Assembly (NCBI GenBank): GCA_903904665.1
Contig: CAIVDO010000126.1
Coordinates: 1-43,787, forward strand
Reading direction: 5' to 3'
DNA length: 43,787 nt
Origin: an uncultured Actinomycetes bacterium
GTDB lineage: Bacteria > Actinomycetota > Actinomycetes > Nanopelagicales > Nanopelagicaceae
In this document: positions 30,420-39,078 of the stretch, piece by piece
How positions within the stretch are numbered: the stretch's first letter is position 1
How the letters are laid out: every line of letters starts with the position of its first letter
Program-made: the position numbers and the translations under genes
The notes under the pieces: generated by a model
Seen by the model: only the letters and a program-made list of their open reading frames with translations
What the model was told of the DNA's origin: nothing
Database searches by the model: none

Positions 30420-31363
30420 GTTTCTACGGTTTAGTAGATGGCACTGAAGCCTCACTTAAAAAATACTTGGGCTCACTTTCAGGCGTTGATCAAGTAGGAG
30501 CTGATGCACGTGCAGCAATGCTTGCTACTCGCAGCATAAAAGCTGCATCAAAGCGCTGGGCGATTGATACGGCCATATCTATGGTGGATTTAACAACTCT
30601 CGAAGGCGCAGATACTCCAGGAAAAGTTCAAGGGCTATGCACAAAAGCAGTTCGTCCAGATCCCACTGATTCAACGGTTCCAAGTGTTGGTGCAGTGTGT
30701 GTCTATAACGACATGGTCGGCATCGCCAGAACTCATCTAGATCTCATTGGTGGCCACCATGTTGGTGTTGCAGCAGTGTCAACAGCATTTCCTTCAGGCC
30801 GGGCATCTATGGCAGTCAAAATTCAGGATACTCAAGATGCAATCAATGCTGGCGCCTCAGAAATCGATATGGTCATTGATCGCGGTGCTTTTCTTTCCGG
30901 CCGATATATCGAGGTTTTTGATGAGATTGTAAAGATTCGCGAAATATGTGGCACTAAAGCGCACCTCAAAGTTATTTTTGAGACCGGTGAACTTGTTACT
31001 TATGACAATGTGCGCAAAGCCTCATTCATGGCGATGGCAGCGGGGGCTGATTTTATTAAAACTTCCACAGGCAAAGTTGCACCAGCGGCAACAGCTCCAG
31101 TTGTGCTTGTCATGCTTGAAGCGGTCCGTGATTTTTATGCAATGACTAAGGTGCGAATTGGCGTTAAGCCAGCAGGTGGAATCAGAAATACAAAGGATGC
31201 TATTAAGCAGCTAGTTCTAGTTAATGAAATCGCAGGACCTGAGTGGCTCACTCCCTCACTCTTTCGTATTGGGGCAAGTGCTCTGCTCAATGATCTATTA
31301 ATGCAACGCATGAAAATGGATGATGGCTACTACGCTAGCCCTCAGTACGTAACGATCGACTAA
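30416..31363 (+). CDS. deoC: Deoxyribose-phosphate aldolase
   Basis: DLTTL, AFPSG, EIDMV, KVIFETG, FIKTSTGK, KPAGGIR, RIGAS. Confidence 0.93.
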   Translation: MSFYGLVDGTEASLKKYLGSLSGVDQVGADARAAMLATRSIKAASKRWAIDTAISMVDLTTLEGADTPGKVQGLCTKAVRPDPTDSTVPSVGAVCVYNDMVGIARTHLDLIGGHHVGVAAVSTAFPSGRASMAVKIQDTQDAINAGASEIDMVIDRGAFLSGRYIEVFDEIVKIREICGTKAHLKVIFETGELVTYDNVRKASFMAMAAGADFIKTSTGKVAPAATAPVVLVMLEAVRDFYAMTKVRIGVKPAGGIRNTKDAIKQLVLVNEIAGPEWLTPSLFRIGASALLNDLLMQRMKMDDGYYASPQYVTID

Positions 31364-32814
31364 TGGAGGAAAAATTGTCTTTTGAATATGCGCCAGCTCC
31401 AGAGTCTCGCGCCCTCGTTACGATTAAAGCAAAATATGGTCACTTCATCGGTGGAAAGTTTGTTGCTGGTAGCAAACACTTCCCCACTATTAATCCAGCT
31501 ACTGAAGAGGTTCTTTCGCAGATTGCACTTGCAGGCAAAGCCGAGGTTGATGGCGCTGTAAAGGCTGCCCGCAAGGCTTATTCAACGGTTTGGTCAAAGA
31601 TGAGCGGCAAAGAGCGCGGGAAATATCTATTTCGTATCGCTCGCATTATGCAGGAACGTGCCCGCGAGTTTGCAGTTCTTGAGAGCCTTGATAATGGAAA
31701 ACCAATCCGTGAATCCCGCGATGTTGATGTCCCACTAGCTGCGGCACATTTCTTTTACCACGCCGGTTGGGCCGACAAACTTGAATACGCAGGTTTAGGC
31801 ACAACGCCTAAAGCACATGGTGTTGCCGGACAGATAATCCCGTGGAACTTTCCCTTACTAATGTTGGCATGGAAAGTTGCACCAGCCTTAGCTGCTGGAA
31901 ACACAGTGGTCTTAAAGCCTGCAGAAACAACATCACTTACTGCCCTTCTTTTTGCAGAGGTATGTCAGCAGGCAGAACTACCAGCCGGTGTTGTCAACAT
32001 CATCACAGGTGATGGATCAACTGGCGCGCTCATTGTTAATCACCCAGGTATCGACAAGATTGCATTTACTGGTTCAACTGAAGTTGGAAAGATTATCGCT
32101 CGCGCAGTTGCTCCTACACACAAGAGCGTGACTCTAGAACTAGGTGGCAAAGCGGCGAATATCGTTTTTGATGATGCTGCAATCGATGAAGCAGTTGAAG
32201 GTATCGTCAATGGAATCTTCTTCAATCAGGGGCACGTATGTTGCGCAGGATCACGACTGATTCTGCAGGAGAGCGTTGCCGATGAAGTCTTAGAAAAACT
32301 CAAAGCACGCATGGCTAAGATTCGTGTTGGTGATCCAATGGATAAGAACACTGATCTAGGCGCTATTAACAGCAAGGAACAACTTCTCAAGATTCGTGAG
32401 CTTTGCGCCTCCGGTGATTCTGAAGGAGGCGAACGTTGGAGTGCGCCTTGTGATCTTCCGGCAAAGGGATTCTGGTTTGCGCCAACAATCTTTACCGGTG
32501 TTACTCAAGCCCACCGCATAGCCCGAGAAGAAATCTTTGGTCCAGTCCTCTCTGTTTTAACTTTTAGAACTCCACAAGAGGCGATAGATAAGGCTAATAA
32601 CACTCCTTTTGGTCTCTCTGCTGGCATCTGGAGTGAAAAAGGCTCAAAGGTTTTATGGGCTTCACAACAACTTCGCGCAGGTGTTATCTGGGCCAATACA
32701 TTTAATAAATTCGATCCAACTTCACCATTTGGTGGATACAAAGAATCTGGCTGGGGTCGTGAAGGTGGACGACATGGCTTATCTGCATATTTGAAGGGAG
32801 TCTCACATGAGTAA
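31363..32814 (+). CDS. Aldehyde dehydrogenase (catalytic)
   Basis: IPWNFP, KPAE, FTGSTEVG, LELGGK, FNQGHVCCAG, EEIFGP, PFGGYKESG. Confidence 0.93.
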   Translation: MEEKLSFEYAPAPESRALVTIKAKYGHFIGGKFVAGSKHFPTINPATEEVLSQIALAGKAEVDGAVKAARKAYSTVWSKMSGKERGKYLFRIARIMQERAREFAVLESLDNGKPIRESRDVDVPLAAAHFFYHAGWADKLEYAGLGTTPKAHGVAGQIIPWNFPLLMLAWKVAPALAAGNTVVLKPAETTSLTALLFAEVCQQAELPAGVVNIITGDGSTGALIVNHPGIDKIAFTGSTEVGKIIARAVAPTHKSVTLELGGKAANIVFDDAAIDEAVEGIVNGIFFNQGHVCCAGSRLILQESVADEVLEKLKARMAKIRVGDPMDKNTDLGAINSKEQLLKIRELCASGDSEGGERWSAPCDLPAKGFWFAPTIFTGVTQAHRIAREEIFGPVLSVLTFRTPQEAIDKANNTPFGLSAGIWSEKGSKVLWASQQLRAGVIWANTFNKFDPTSPFGGYKESGWGREGGRHGLSAYLKGVSHE

Positions 32815-33649
32815 TCGCATCGATGTCAAAAAGACATATAAGTTATTTATTAACGGTGCATTCCCTCGCACTGAATCTGGTCGCACCTATGAAGTTAAAA
32901 ACGCAAAGGGCCTCTTCATTGCAAATCCATGTCTGGCATCTCGCAAAGATCTAAAGGATGCAGTTGTTGCAGCTCGTGCCGCCCAACTTGGTTGGAGCAA
33001 AGCTACTGCCTATAACAAGGGACAGATCCTTTATCGCATCGCAGAGATGCTTGAAGGTCGCAGAGCCCAATTTGTAGATGAGATCGTCAGTGTTACTGGT
33101 GTAACAAAAGCTAAGGCAGAAAAGGAAGTTACTGCATCTGTTGATCGCTTAGTTTGGTATGCCGGCTGGACTGACAAGATATCATCACTGTCTGGAGCTC
33201 TTAACCCAGTTGCAGGTCCTTATTACAACTTCACAATCCCTGAGAGCATGGGCGTAATCGCAGCAGTTGCACCTGAATCACCATCACTTCTTGGATTAAT
33301 CGATGTCATTGCTCCAATCATTGTTGGAGGAAACACAGTTGTAGTTCTAGCAAGTACTAAAGCCCCACTCTCTGCAATGAGTTTTGCTGAAGTAATTGCA
33401 ACCAGTGATGTACCTGCAGGTGTAATCAATATCTTGACTGGTAAAAAAGATGAGATTGCACCGTGGATGGCATCACATATGGATATTGATGGCCTTGATA
33501 TCTCAGGTTTGGGATCAAAGAGACATGCAGAGATTAGAAGCGCTGGAACTGAGAACTTAAAGCGGATCTACAGCTTTAAATCAGCAGATCCAGGACGCAT
33601 TCTTGCCTTCATGGAAAACAAGACTGTGTGGCACCCGATAGGGCTATAA
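32807..33649 (+). CDS. Short ALDH-like protein (Rossmann domain only, non-catalytic)
   Basis: ALDH N-domain pattern (GQILYRIAE, YAGW.DK, PAGVINILTG) with no ELGG or catalytic Cys domain; ends KTVWHPIG. Confidence 0.82.
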   Translation: MSNRIDVKKTYKLFINGAFPRTESGRTYEVKNAKGLFIANPCLASRKDLKDAVVAARAAQLGWSKATAYNKGQILYRIAEMLEGRRAQFVDEIVSVTGVTKAKAEKEVTASVDRLVWYAGWTDKISSLSGALNPVAGPYYNFTIPESMGVIAAVAPESPSLLGLIDVIAPIIVGGNTVVVLASTKAPLSAMSFAEVIATSDVPAGVINILTGKKDEIAPWMASHMDIDGLDISGLGSKRHAEIRSAGTENLKRIYSFKSADPGRILAFMENKTVWHPIGL

Positions 33650-34597
33650 CCGCCCCTTTTCAATGGTTTTGAACCAGAGTTGCTGCACAGCCTCAACATC
33701 TAAATCTAGAACCACACGTACAGATGCTGCATCGGTTAAATCATTTGGTTCAAGGGCTTTTAGGAATGGTGCTCTGCGATCGCAGATCGTTTGACCTCGA
33801 GCTGGGCCCTGCGAAGTATCAACAACAACATCAAACACCTCTGTTGTAAATAGTTCGGGGTGGATGGCACATGCAACAGCGCCGTAATCTCCCAAAGTTA
33901 TTGGTGAAACATGCAGGCGCTCAATGAATGCAGCGATTAATGTGCCGGCAAATTGAGCGGCAGGTTCAGAGGATTCAAGTAGCTTTGATGCATCCTCACT
34001 TGTTGCACCGGGGCGCATGAATACATCTAGGCCATACATAGTTATTGGCACACCACTTTGAAAGACAATAGCGGCAGCTTCTGGGTCATGCCAGACATTG
34101 AACTCGGCAGCAGCTGTTGCATTGCCAGCAGATGCTGAACCACCCATTAAAACTATTCGGTGTAGTTTCTTGGCAGTCTCTGGAAAGGCACGTAGAAACA
34201 AAGCGATATTTGTAAGTGGTGCAATTGGAACCAACGTCACTGGATTTTCTGATTCTTCAATCAAATCTCGCAGAAGTTCTATCGCTGAACGAGAATCTAC
34301 TTTTCGATGAGAAGGAGCTATTCCTAAATCGCCCATTCCATCGGCGCCATGGACATACTCTGCATACTCAGATTTTCCAAGAAGTGGGCGCAACGCACCT
34401 CGCGCAACAGGGATTTCACCGGCACCGGCGGCATCTAAAACTTTCAATGTATTTGCTACAACTTGATCAACATTGGTATTTCCATCAACACAAGTAATTC
34501 CTAATAAGTTAATGTGCGGATGGCGGGCGGCAAAAAGCACCGCAAATGCATCGTCAACGCCAGTATCAACATCAAGAATGATTGAAGTTTTTTCCAT
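33644..34597 (-). CDS. Nucleoside hydrolase (IU-NH family)
   Basis: DVDTGVDDA, GN, VHGADG, PLTNIA, AEFNVWHDPEAA; start moved to ATG 34597. Confidence 0.9.
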   Translation of the reverse strand: MEKTSIILDVDTGVDDAFAVLFAARHPHINLLGITCVDGNTNVDQVVANTLKVLDAAGAGEIPVARGALRPLLGKSEYAEYVHGADGMGDLGIAPSHRKVDSRSAIELLRDLIEESENPVTLVPIAPLTNIALFLRAFPETAKKLHRIVLMGGSASAGNATAAAEFNVWHDPEAAAIVFQSGVPITMYGLDVFMRPGATSEDASKLLESSEPAAQFAGTLIAAFIERLHVSPITLGDYGAVACAIHPELFTTEVFDVVVDTSQGPARGQTICDRRAPFLKALEPNDLTDAASVRVVLDLDVEAVQQLWFKTIEKGRL

Positions 34598-34603
34598 AAG
34601 CGA

Positions 34604-34610
34604 TAGCCTA
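34604..34610. promoter_or_regulatory. Bidirectional -10 core between nucleoside hydrolase and ribokinase
   Basis: TAGCCTA reads TAGCCT on + (6 nt to ATG 34616) and TAGGCT on - (7 nt to ATG 34597). Confidence 0.7.
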
Positions 34611-34615
34611 GCGCT

Positions 34616-35512
34616 ATGGGCAAAGCAGTAATAGCGGTAGTAGGCAGTGCAATGATTGATGTAACTGCCTATGTAAAAGATATTCCCCAGCCCGGACAAA
34701 CCCTTGAGGGCGAACTATTTACCACTGGATTTGGTGGAAAAGGCGCTAACCAGGCTGTTATCGCTGCCCACTGTGGAGCCCAAGTTAACTTTATTGGAAA
34801 GCTTGGAAAGGATCTCTTTGGTGATTCAATCGCCGAGAACTTCGCCACATTAGGAATGAACTCTGATTTTATTGATCGCAGTGAAACCCCCAACGGTGTT
34901 GCACACATCTGGGTCGATAGTAATGGCGAGAATCGCATCGTGATTATTCCAGGTGCTAATTACGAAATTGAAGTTGGGCGAGCAGTAGATGCAATTAATT
35001 CGATTAAAGATTTATCAGTTGTTGTTGCTCAGTGCGAGATTAAACAAGATGTAACTTTGGCTGCTTTTAGCGCAGCGAAAAAGCGTGGGTGCGTAACAAT
35101 CTTAAATCCCGCCCCCTACCAGCCCTTGAGTAAAGAACTACTCGATTCAACTGACTGGATCATTGCCAATGAAACCGAGTTCAAAGAACTTCATGGAACT
35201 TTGCCTACCAATGATGAAGTATTGAAGAGTTTTAGACCCGGTAAGAATTCAATCGTTACTTTAGGTTCAGAGGGAGCTGTATTTATCTCATCTGATGGAG
35301 TTATAACTCGACTAGCTGCGCCAAAAGTCAGCGCCGTAGATACAACAGGTGCCGGTGATGCATTTGTTGGAGTTTTTGCCTTTGGCCTTGCAAGTGGAAT
35401 GAATGCGATAGATGCAATCGGGCTTGGAATTAAAGTTGCATCAATGAGTGTTACGCGAAAAGGTGCGCAATCCTCATATCCATCTCAAGCAGAGATTGCA
35501 ACGCTTTCATAA
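34616..35512 (+). CDS. rbsK: Ribokinase (PfkB family)
   Basis: GGKGANQA, GENRI, PGAN, LNPAP, NETE, DTTGAGDAF. Confidence 0.88.
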   Translation: MGKAVIAVVGSAMIDVTAYVKDIPQPGQTLEGELFTTGFGGKGANQAVIAAHCGAQVNFIGKLGKDLFGDSIAENFATLGMNSDFIDRSETPNGVAHIWVDSNGENRIVIIPGANYEIEVGRAVDAINSIKDLSVVVAQCEIKQDVTLAAFSAAKKRGCVTILNPAPYQPLSKELLDSTDWIIANETEFKELHGTLPTNDEVLKSFRPGKNSIVTLGSEGAVFISSDGVITRLAAPKVSAVDTTGAGDAFVGVFAFGLASGMNAIDAIGLGIKVASMSVTRKGAQSSYPSQAEIATLS

Positions 35513-36669
35513 CCACGTAGAACAAAAGTAGGTCTGCGCACAGGTTCTCCAGCTAATCGCATATCTGGGTATTTCTCCCAGAGCGCTGGTAGCGAGACAC
35601 CCATCTCTAAGCGTGCTAGCGGTGCCCCTAAACAAAAATGAATCCCTGCGCCAAAACCGATATGTGGATTGGGATCTCGGGTTAAATCCATCTCATCTGG
35701 ATTTTCAAATACCTTTTCATCACGGTTAGCAGAGCCAATAAGTGCGGCAATCTTTTGCCCTTGCTCAATCTTCACGCCGCCAAGAGTTGTATCAACGCTG
35801 GCTGTACGCTCAAATAAATGAAGTGGGGCATCAAAGCGCATGAACTCCTCGAGAGCAGTATCTGTAACGGCGCGCGAGTTATTACGTAAAAGTGCGTTTT
35901 GGTCAGGGCGCTGTAAAGCTGCAACCATTCCATTGCCAAATGCATTAACACTTGCCTCATGGCCGGCATTGAGCAAGAGAACACAAGTTGCAACTAACTC
36001 ATGAGAATTGAGTTTTTCGCCATTTTCTTCGACAAGGGCTAAATCACTTATTAAATCCTGACCGGGATTAATTTTCCGCTGTTCGGCTAGATCACGAACA
36101 TACTGTGCAAACTCACTAGCTGCCTTTTTCGCCTCCATTTGATATTGAGCAGAAGGGTTTACTTCATACATCTTTACAATTGACTGCGACCATGGGCGAA
36201 GTAAATGCTCTTCAGACTCTGGGAAGCCGAGTAGATCTGCAATTATCTTTACAGGTAAGGGCTCTGCGTAATCGGCAATCAAATCAAAAGTAAGTCCTGA
36301 TTTAACTTTCTCATCAATAGCATCAAGAAGTTCTTGCGTAATTCGCTCAATTGCAGGGCGCATACCTTCAATCTTGTTCCGATTAAATGCCTTGGCAACC
36401 AATGAACGTAGTCGGGTGTGTTTAGGAGGTTCGCTATCTAGAATTGAATCTGAATGAAGCCAGTTAAATGTCTCCCACTCAAACTCTGGAGTTTTATCTT
36501 TAAAGATACGCCCCAATGATTTATTCCTAAATACATCATTGGCATCACTATGGCAGGGCGCTAAGAACATCTGCATCTCTTCATGCCATACAGGCTTGCC
36601 ATGCAAACGAAGCGCAGCTAGAGCTTGATATGGATCGGCAACAAAGGCTGGATCGTTAAAGTCAATCAT
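35485..36669 (-). CDS. Cytochrome P450
   Basis: PPKHTRLR, I-helix AGHEAS, EEFMR (ExxR), ANRD, heme motif FGAGIHFCLG. Confidence 0.95.
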   Translation of the reverse strand: MIDFNDPAFVADPYQALAALRLHGKPVWHEEMQMFLAPCHSDANDVFRNKSLGRIFKDKTPEFEWETFNWLHSDSILDSEPPKHTRLRSLVAKAFNRNKIEGMRPAIERITQELLDAIDEKVKSGLTFDLIADYAEPLPVKIIADLLGFPESEEHLLRPWSQSIVKMYEVNPSAQYQMEAKKAASEFAQYVRDLAEQRKINPGQDLISDLALVEENGEKLNSHELVATCVLLLNAGHEASVNAFGNGMVAALQRPDQNALLRNNSRAVTDTALEEFMRFDAPLHLFERTASVDTTLGGVKIEQGQKIAALIGSANRDEKVFENPDEMDLTRDPNPHIGFGAGIHFCLGAPLARLEMGVSLPALWEKYPDMRLAGEPVRRPTFVLRGYESVAISA

Positions 36670-37763
36670 TACTCAGCGCAGATTGCGGCGTATCCTGGCT
36701 TAATTACGCTTTCAATTATCTTCAAGCGATCTGGGTATGGGATAAATGCGCTCTTCATTGCATTGATTGTGACTCGCTGAAGTTCGGCAAAATCCCAACC
36801 AAATGCCTTTACCGCTTCTTCCATTTCAAATGACATAGAGGTTTGGCTCATTAACCGGTTATCGGTATTGAGGGTGACTCTAAAACGCAGGCGGGCTAAG
36901 GCTCCGATTGGGTGCTCGGCATAGCTTTTTGCGGCACCTGTTTGAAGATTAGAAGTTGGGCAAAGCTCCAATGGAATTCGTCGGTCACGAACATATGATG
37001 CTAATTGTCCCAGCTTTGGTTCTGGCCCAGAGAAATCAATGTCATCGATAATTCGAACTCCGTGGCCTAAGCGTTCGGCCCCACATAGTTGAATCGCTTC
37101 CCAAATAGATGGTAATCCATATGCCTCACCTGCATGGATTGTGAAGTGTGCATCTTCTTTGCGCAGATAATCAAAAGTTTCCTTTTGATCACTAGGTGGA
37201 AATCCATCTTCTGGTCCAGCGATATCAAAACCTACAACGCCTTGATGGCGATACTTAACAACTAGTTCAGCTACTTGCTGTGAAAGTTTATTTTGACGCA
37301 TCCCACACAACAATGAATACACTTGAATTTTAAATCCTTCGGCTTTAGCTTCTGCCATTCCTTGCTTATAGCCCTCAATTGTTGCTTCAACTACATCGGC
37401 CATTGAAAGGCCTTTTTCAGTAAAGAGCTCTGGAGCGCCACGTACTTCGGCATAGACAACACCATCACGGGCTAGATCTAGTGCACACTCGCGTGCAACG
37501 CGGATGATGTCTTCACGGCGTTGCATAACAGCGATCGTGTGAGAAAAAGTCTCTAAATATCGAACTAACGATCCAGAATCACATGACTCGCGAAACCATG
37601 TAGCAAGTTCTGCGGCATCATGAGTTGGAAGTGTGGTGTAGCCAATCTCTTTAGCGATGTCGATAATAGTTTGAGGACGTAATCCGCCATCAAGGTGGTC
37701 ATGGAGCAAAACCTTTGGGACGCGCTTAATCTGCGCTGGCGATGGAGTGCTTGTAAGGCTCAA
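36669..37763 (-). CDS. add: Adenosine deaminase
   Basis: LHDHLDGG, FDIAGPE, HAGE, RLGHG, CPTSN, NTDN; TTG start. Confidence 0.9.
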   Translation of the reverse strand: MSLTSTPSPAQIKRVPKVLLHDHLDGGLRPQTIIDIAKEIGYTTLPTHDAAELATWFRESCDSGSLVRYLETFSHTIAVMQRREDIIRVARECALDLARDGVVYAEVRGAPELFTEKGLSMADVVEATIEGYKQGMAEAKAEGFKIQVYSLLCGMRQNKLSQQVAELVVKYRHQGVVGFDIAGPEDGFPPSDQKETFDYLRKEDAHFTIHAGEAYGLPSIWEAIQLCGAERLGHGVRIIDDIDFSGPEPKLGQLASYVRDRRIPLELCPTSNLQTGAAKSYAEHPIGALARLRFRVTLNTDNRLMSQTSMSFEMEEAVKAFGWDFAELQRVTINAMKSAFIPYPDRLKIIESVIKPGYAAICAE

Positions 37764-37773
37764 CGTATCTCTC

Positions 37774-39078
37774 TCAATCAGTAATTCGTTCGACTACAAG
37801 TGGCAATCTATCTATTTTTGCGCCTTTTTCTAAATCGCCAATGGTCACAGAGTTAGTTAGAGATTCCTGCGCACGTTCAAAGGCGGCAGGCGTATCGGTG
37901 TGCAGTGTGTAGAGAGGAGCGCCAGCGGCAATAACATCGCCTGGTTTGGCATGTATTTCAATGCCAGCACCGGCTTGAACAGCCTCTCCTTGGCGAGAAC
38001 GGCCAGCACCTAAGCGCCACGCAGCCATACCAACTTTCATCGCATCCATCGAAAGAATCGTTCCAGCAGATTGGGCAGTAATAACTAAGTTTTCTTTAGC
38101 ACGTGGCAGTTTTGCATCGGGATCCCCACCTTGTGCAGAAATCATCTGGCGCCAGACATCCATTGCTTTTCCATTTTTCAAAGCATCTGCTGGATCTACA
38201 TGTGTAATTCCAACTATTTCTAACATTTCACGGGCCAGCAAGACCGTTAACTCAACGATATCGGCCGGACCGCCACCTGCAAGAACTTCAACTGATTCAC
38301 GAACTTCTAATGCGTTACCTGCAGTGAGGCCTAATGGAATATCCATCGCAGTAACAAGTGCAATAGTTTTAACTCCAGCCCGTTTACCAAGACCCACCAT
38401 GACATGGGCTAACTCTTTAGCTTTTTCGGGATCACTCATAAATGCACCAGCACCAGTCTTAACATCTAGAACCAAGGCGCTCGTTCCTTCAGCGATCTTC
38501 TTGCTCATGATCGATGATGCAATAAGTGGAATGGCTTCAACTGTTGCCGTGACATCGCGTAATGCATATAGTTTTTTATCTGCTGGGGCTAATCCTGCAC
38601 CTGCGGCACAAATTACTGCGCCACAATCCTGTAATACTTTAAGCATCTCTTCATTCGATAGCGAGGCGCGCCATCCGGGAATCGATTCCAACTTATCTAA
38701 AGTTCCACCTGTGTGGCCAAGACCTCGACCAGAAAGTTGTGGCACTGCAGCACCGCATGCTGCTACCAGTGGTGCAAGAGGCAAAGTGATTTTGTCGCCA
38801 ACTCCCCCAGTTGAATGTTTATCTACAGTAGGACGAGTCAACGCAGACCAGTTCATACGTTCGCCGCTATTTATCATTGCATCGGTCCACCGCGAAATTT
38901 CGCGGGACTCCATACCGTTGAGAAGAATGGCCATTAAGAGGGCCGACATCTGTTCATCAGCAACGGCGCCACGTGTGTATGCATCGATGACCCAATCGAT
39001 CTGTGGGTCAGTTAATGAATGTCGATCACGTTTTGCAGCGATAACTTCAGCAGCTGAAAAAGCCTCTACCTGGGACAT
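37774..39078 (-). CDS. deoA: Thymidine/pyrimidine-nucleoside phosphorylase
   Basis: DKHSTGGVGDK, SGRGLGHTGGTLDKLE, YALRDVT, SIMSKK. Confidence 0.93.
   Translation of the reverse strand: MSQVEAFSAAEVIAAKRDRHSLTDPQIDWVIDAYTRGAVADEQMSALLMAILLNGMESREISRWTDAMINSGERMNWSALTRPTVDKHSTGGVGDKITLPLAPLVAACGAAVPQLSGRGLGHTGGTLDKLESIPGWRASLSNEEMLKVLQDCGAVICAAGAGLAPADKKLYALRDVTATVEAIPLIASSIMSKKIAEGTSALVLDVKTGAGAFMSDPEKAKELAHVMVGLGKRAGVKTIALVTAMDIPLGLTAGNALEVRESVEVLAGGGPADIVELTVLLAREMLEIVGITHVDPADALKNGKAMDVWRQMISAQGGDPDAKLPRAKENLVITAQSAGTILSMDAMKVGMAAWRLGAGRSRQGEAVQAGAGIEIHAKPGDVIAAGAPLYTLHTDTPAAFERAQESLTNSVTIGDLEKGAKIDRLPLVVERITD

Noticed and set aside
32807-33649. Pseudogene call for the short ALDH
   Set aside because: Intact frame, SD (AAGGGAG), coupled start and a proper terminal strand indicate a clean domain-level form
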